From Tubulanus polymorphus (lineage: Eukaryota > Animalia > Nemertea): DNA of 64,000 bases. Every line of letters begins with the position of its first letter. Positions within the stretch are counted from its first letter, which is position 1. The stretch lies in contig NC_134027.1 of NCBI RefSeq assembly GCF_964204645.1, positions 9,704,485-9,768,484 of the forward strand, in the 5' to 3' direction. This document shows, in pieces, positions 60,640 through 64,000 of the stretch. Below the pieces are notes generated by a model, which had not been told where the DNA came from, made no database searches, and saw only the letters and a list, made by a program, of their open reading frames with translations. Position numbers and translations under genes: made by a program.

Positions 60640-60942
60640 TACGTGAAGATTTCATCCCTCAGAGAGCTTACGCATAAACCATTTGATAACATCATGAATA
60701 TATTTTAGTTTCACAGAATAATTAATTGTTGTTTAAAATATGGATATACGTTCAAGTTCAGATATGTTTTCAATTAGTAAAATCCAATCAAATGCGATAT
60801 TACTACGATAACTTTTGACAGCGCCACAAACAATGCACAGTAAGTGGAAAGGAAATCAATATCAAAAACACAAAAAAAAACAAATAAGAAATGACCTATT
60901 GACCAACAGAGGATTGTTCATGTTCGCAGTTTTAAAGACCAG

Positions 60943-61052
60943 GTGCCCAATTCCACAGTTCTGAGTTAAATTTGACTCTGGAGTAAAAACATTGGAAATG
61001 AACTGACTTTAACTCAGAGTTAACTCTAACTCACAACTGTGGAACCGGGCCC
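60943..61052. mobile_element. About 110-bp MITE family B, copy 2, in the SLC35A2 3' UTR region
   Basis: gtgcccaattccacagtt ... aactgtggaaccgggccc, flanked by CAG/TAG. Confidence 0.8.
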
Positions 61053-61132
61053 TAGGGAACACTTTAATGTAAATCTTCTCATGAATATAGAAATATAACA
61101 ACTCTTTTAACAATACATCGTTACCACAGCAG

Positions 61133-61807
61133 CTACGATTTCGACATTCCATTCATAATTGACGACAGTTTTTGCGGCTTCGAGACAGTCGCGAAACGAC
61201 TGTACATATAGACGGACGACATGACGAGCGACGCGCCGATAACGAACTGTAAACTAATGATAAAATCGAAGAAATACATCGACGCTATACACGAGATAAC
61301 GATCGCGGCAGATGTCGCGAATCCTTTCAGGATGTTGTCCGCGTACTTGACGACGACGGCAACCATCAATCCGCCGAACGACTGTAAAAAGATCACGCAC
61401 CACACGAGATAGTTATAACCAAAAAAGAATCCCTTGTCGTGCACCGCGGCGCCGTCGTTCAGTTCCATCGTGACGAGGCCGAAAATCACGCCTAGAAATC
61501 CGAGCTGCACGTTACGCAGCCACAGCGATTGCACCGTACCTTTCAGGATCTTCTCGAAATAAACGCCCGCGAATCCTGACATGACGCACGACGCCAAAAC
61601 GGCGACGAGGCCCAACAGCGGGCTTTGTTTGACGGATTCTTCGGCGGACGTTTGGCTCGTCGGTTTCGCGATCGTCGGCTGCAATTGTACGATCGAAATA
61701 CCGACGAACAAGATCATCAACGCAAACCACTGCATCTTCGTTAGACTCTTACGCAGCATCACAACGGAAAATATCGCGGTCGTCAACAGCTTCAACTGAT
61801 AAGTTAC
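61133..61807 (-). CDS. SLC35A2: UDP-galactose/UDP-sugar transporter SLC35A2-like, last coding exon
   Basis: VTYQLKLLTTAIFSV...SGFAGVYFEKILKG...SLWLRNVQL...GGLMVAVVVKYADNILKGFATS; acceptor ttttcag at 61808. Confidence 0.93.
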   Translation of the reverse strand, partial: VTYQLKLLTTAIFSVVMLRKSLTKMQWFALMILFVGISIVQLQPTIAKPTSQTSAEESVKQSPLLGLVAVLASCVMSGFAGVYFEKILKGTVQSLWLRNVQLGFLGVIFGLVTMELNDGAAVHDKGFFFGYNYLVWCVIFLQSFGGLMVAVVVKYADNILKGFATSAAIVISCIASMYFFDFIISLQFVIGASLVMSSVYMYSRFATVSKPQKLSSIMNGMSKS

Positions 61808-62112
61808 CTGAAAATGATCGGAAGAACATTAAGCGAAAAAACATTAAGCGCATAGGCAAAATTAAATCAAAAGTATTTATTGAAACATTGGCAAATTGGA
61901 ATGATTTCAAACCTAACGATTTATCGGGATACCTACAACCAGTAACAAACGAACAATTTTCATCCAAATTAGAATCCACACTAGATATCATGAATAACCC
62001 AACTGAATAGGAATTTTAACTTTCGACTATTCCCATCCCTTATGCCAGACATTTAACCAATACATAAAGACAAGGTCCTAGTTATCATACCCAGTATGGT
62101 TGTAGGTACTTT

Positions 62113-62317
62113 CAGGGTTCATAGTGTCCATGACCAATCTCGTTTAATGACGTTCAGGGACTTTTGTTACTCTAAATCTACATTTATCAGGCATTCTTAT
62201 AGGACCATGACAATGATTCAAGGATTTTAGCGCCTGTTCCATGATAATTACGACCTTGAACTGAATGATTCCCATTTCAAAACTTTTAAGGAATTTCAAG
62301 GACTGCTATGAACCCAG
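62113..62317. mobile_element. CAGGG-type MITE in an SLC35A2 intron; related inverted fragment at about 59745-59830
   Basis: TIR cagggttcatag / ctatgaacccag. Internal ccttgaactgaatgattcccatttcaaa matches the reverse complement of tttgaaatgggaatggttcaattcaagg (59771-59798). Confidence 0.65.
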
Positions 62318-62406
62318 TACTTTAATTTCAAGAAGTTTGGTGTCTGAGCTTCGCAAATCATAAGTAGTGTTCAACTATGAACTACGAGTTGAAGGTGACT
62401 GTGTAC

Positions 62407-62741
62407 CTGGAATGTCGCCGCATCTAGATTCGACACGGCTACGTAAAGCAAGTTATTCTGCAGAACGTATACAATGGATGGCACCGATATCTTCAGACAA
62501 TCCCACGGCTGACAGATCGTGTTCTGGTAAAGATGTCGCAGCCACGCGCGCGCGCTGCCTTCCTGGAACAGTATGATCACGAGACACGTCGTGAATTTGA
62601 TCGTTTCTGACATGATGACGGCCGTCGACGATTTGAACATGTCGCCGGTGCGCGTACGCACGTAGCGCATGAGCAGAATGAGAGCAGCATTCTGCAGCGT
62701 CAGCAACACGAGACTCACGTACTTTAACAGTTGAGCGCTAC
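62407..62741 (-). CDS. SLC35A2: SLC35A2-like internal exon, 335 nt (LKYVSLVLLTLQNA...QNNLLYVAVSNLDAATFQ)
   Basis: SLC35A motifs; AATFQ followed by one large final exon favours A2 over A3; canonical splice sites. Confidence 0.92.
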
Positions 62742-63634
62742 CTGAAAAACATCAATCAGAACGGAATTTAGGCGCAAGAAAAATATATGTTAAATACCAA
62801 AATTGTTGAAAAACTTAACAAGTTTATCTAAAATACTGGAAATATTTCGGGTGGTACCTGCCACCAGACCAGTTAACTTTTCTCATTTTGGCCAGGATAC
62901 CTTTTTTTCTCATTTCTGCTGAGCTTAAAAGTTGACCCGGCCGGCCGCCTATATATACCCTGTACATTTTTTTTTTCAATTCGTGCTTAAGTTAATCATA
63001 ACAGAACGGGCAGTTATAGAAATGAACTGATTACAAATCTTATTGCAGTTTACAAAATGATTAGGGAATTTGAGACTTATCATTCATTGGGTAATCATAT
63101 CAATTATAATCCTTAAATCATCAATCATTTCAAAGCATTATAAAGATTATACTGGACTATGGAGATGGCGTTTTGATCCAAAAAAAACTCCATACATCGA
63201 AGGAACTCGGCCTTGATCGCCTTGATTCGAATTAAAAAGGTGAATTTTCTTAAACTTTTAAAGCAGTAATTATGGTTGCCGGTATTCATGTAGAGGTTTT
63301 TTAATGATCTCAAGATTATCATCAGCAACTGTGACTTGAATAACTGGACTGGAATCATCAAATATAATACTAGTATGAGATATTTCATTCTTAGAAGTTG
63401 CCACTTATCCTCATTGCCTCTCTTATCCCAGGAGTAAATGCGCCTAGCAGCTGCTCGGATTTTACTTCTCCCCAGGGAGAGATGACTGATAAATGGTCGG
63501 AGGGGTAGGCTAGGGCTATAATACCACTTCAATGGAAAGCGCTGTTGAACATTTTATCACAATGAAAAGTGTGCTACAGAAATTACATTCACTAAATGAC
63601 TACTATCTTAGCCAAGGAACTATAAATGACTTAC

Positions 63635-63659
63635 CGACTAACATCATGACTCGAGACAT
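63635..63659 (-). CDS. SLC35A2: Probable first coding exon of SLC35A2-like (MSRVMMLV-G)
   Basis: Minus strand AAAAA ATG TCT CGA GTC ATG ATG TTA GTC G|GTAAGT: A-rich start context, consensus donor, and phase 1 matching the next exon. An alternative first exon outside the window cannot be excluded. Confidence 0.55.
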
Positions 63660-64000
63660 TTTTTACAAAAATAAATACACCATTATCTATAATAGGCTGC
63701 TATAGTCCCATGTGTTACATGCAGGAGTGACTGTCATGGTTATGAACGTCAGATTGTCTGTAGGCTGAAACTAATTTGCTCAGCCGTCAAGCGTCAACCA
63801 ACGATTCATTGTAGCAGTTGCCACAGATAATTACATTTTTGATCAAGGAATCAATTCAACCCAGCTGCGTTATATTGGAATGAATCTCGTATGCAACAGT
63901 AACACACGTGAATATCAATCGATATACCAAAAATGGCCTTAATTAAATCATCGACTAGAGTCCATGATTCAATCAAACCTCAAATTAGATTGTCTATACA

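Noticed and set aside
63125-63532. 135-aa minus-strand ORF in the SLC35A2 intron
   Set aside because: No homology to SLC35A N-termini, and the 63635-63659 exon fits the frame better.
1-64000. CRISPR arrays, operons or other prokaryotic systems
   Set aside because: Spliceosomal intron-containing animal genes throughout; no regularly spaced repeat-spacer array seen.

Overview
Eukaryotic (non-vertebrate bilaterian, probably spiralian) genomic DNA with three protein-coding genes. (1) A Fez-family C2H2 zinc-finger gene (Fezf/earmuff) at 1425-3038 (+), with an uninterrupted CDS, an eh1 motif and six zinc fingers. (2) After about 43 kb with no recognisable coding sequence, an RBM5/RBM10-family splicing regulator at 47147-59087 (+). 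I assembled 19 coding exons by hand into a 2520-nt, 839-aa open frame (RRM1, RanBP2 ZnF, RRM2, OCRE, C2H2 ZnF, G-patch). (3) A convergent SLC35A2-like UDP-galactose transporter (-) at about 61133-63659. The window also holds several MITEs and foldback elements, a tRNA-derived SINE-like head and a three-copy dispersed repeat. The most notable unexplained structure is in the two long introns flanking the 74-nt frame-shifting RRM1 exon of RBM5/10. It comprises a 24-bp long-range duplex (49330-49353 with 50136-50171), a looped-out candidate poison/decoy exon with a cluster of 5' splice-site motifs, an out-of-frame alternative acceptor and several local hairpins. Together these suggest an RNA-structure-based AS-NMD/intron-retention autoregulatory module. 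All calls are by eye; no searches or folding computations were run.
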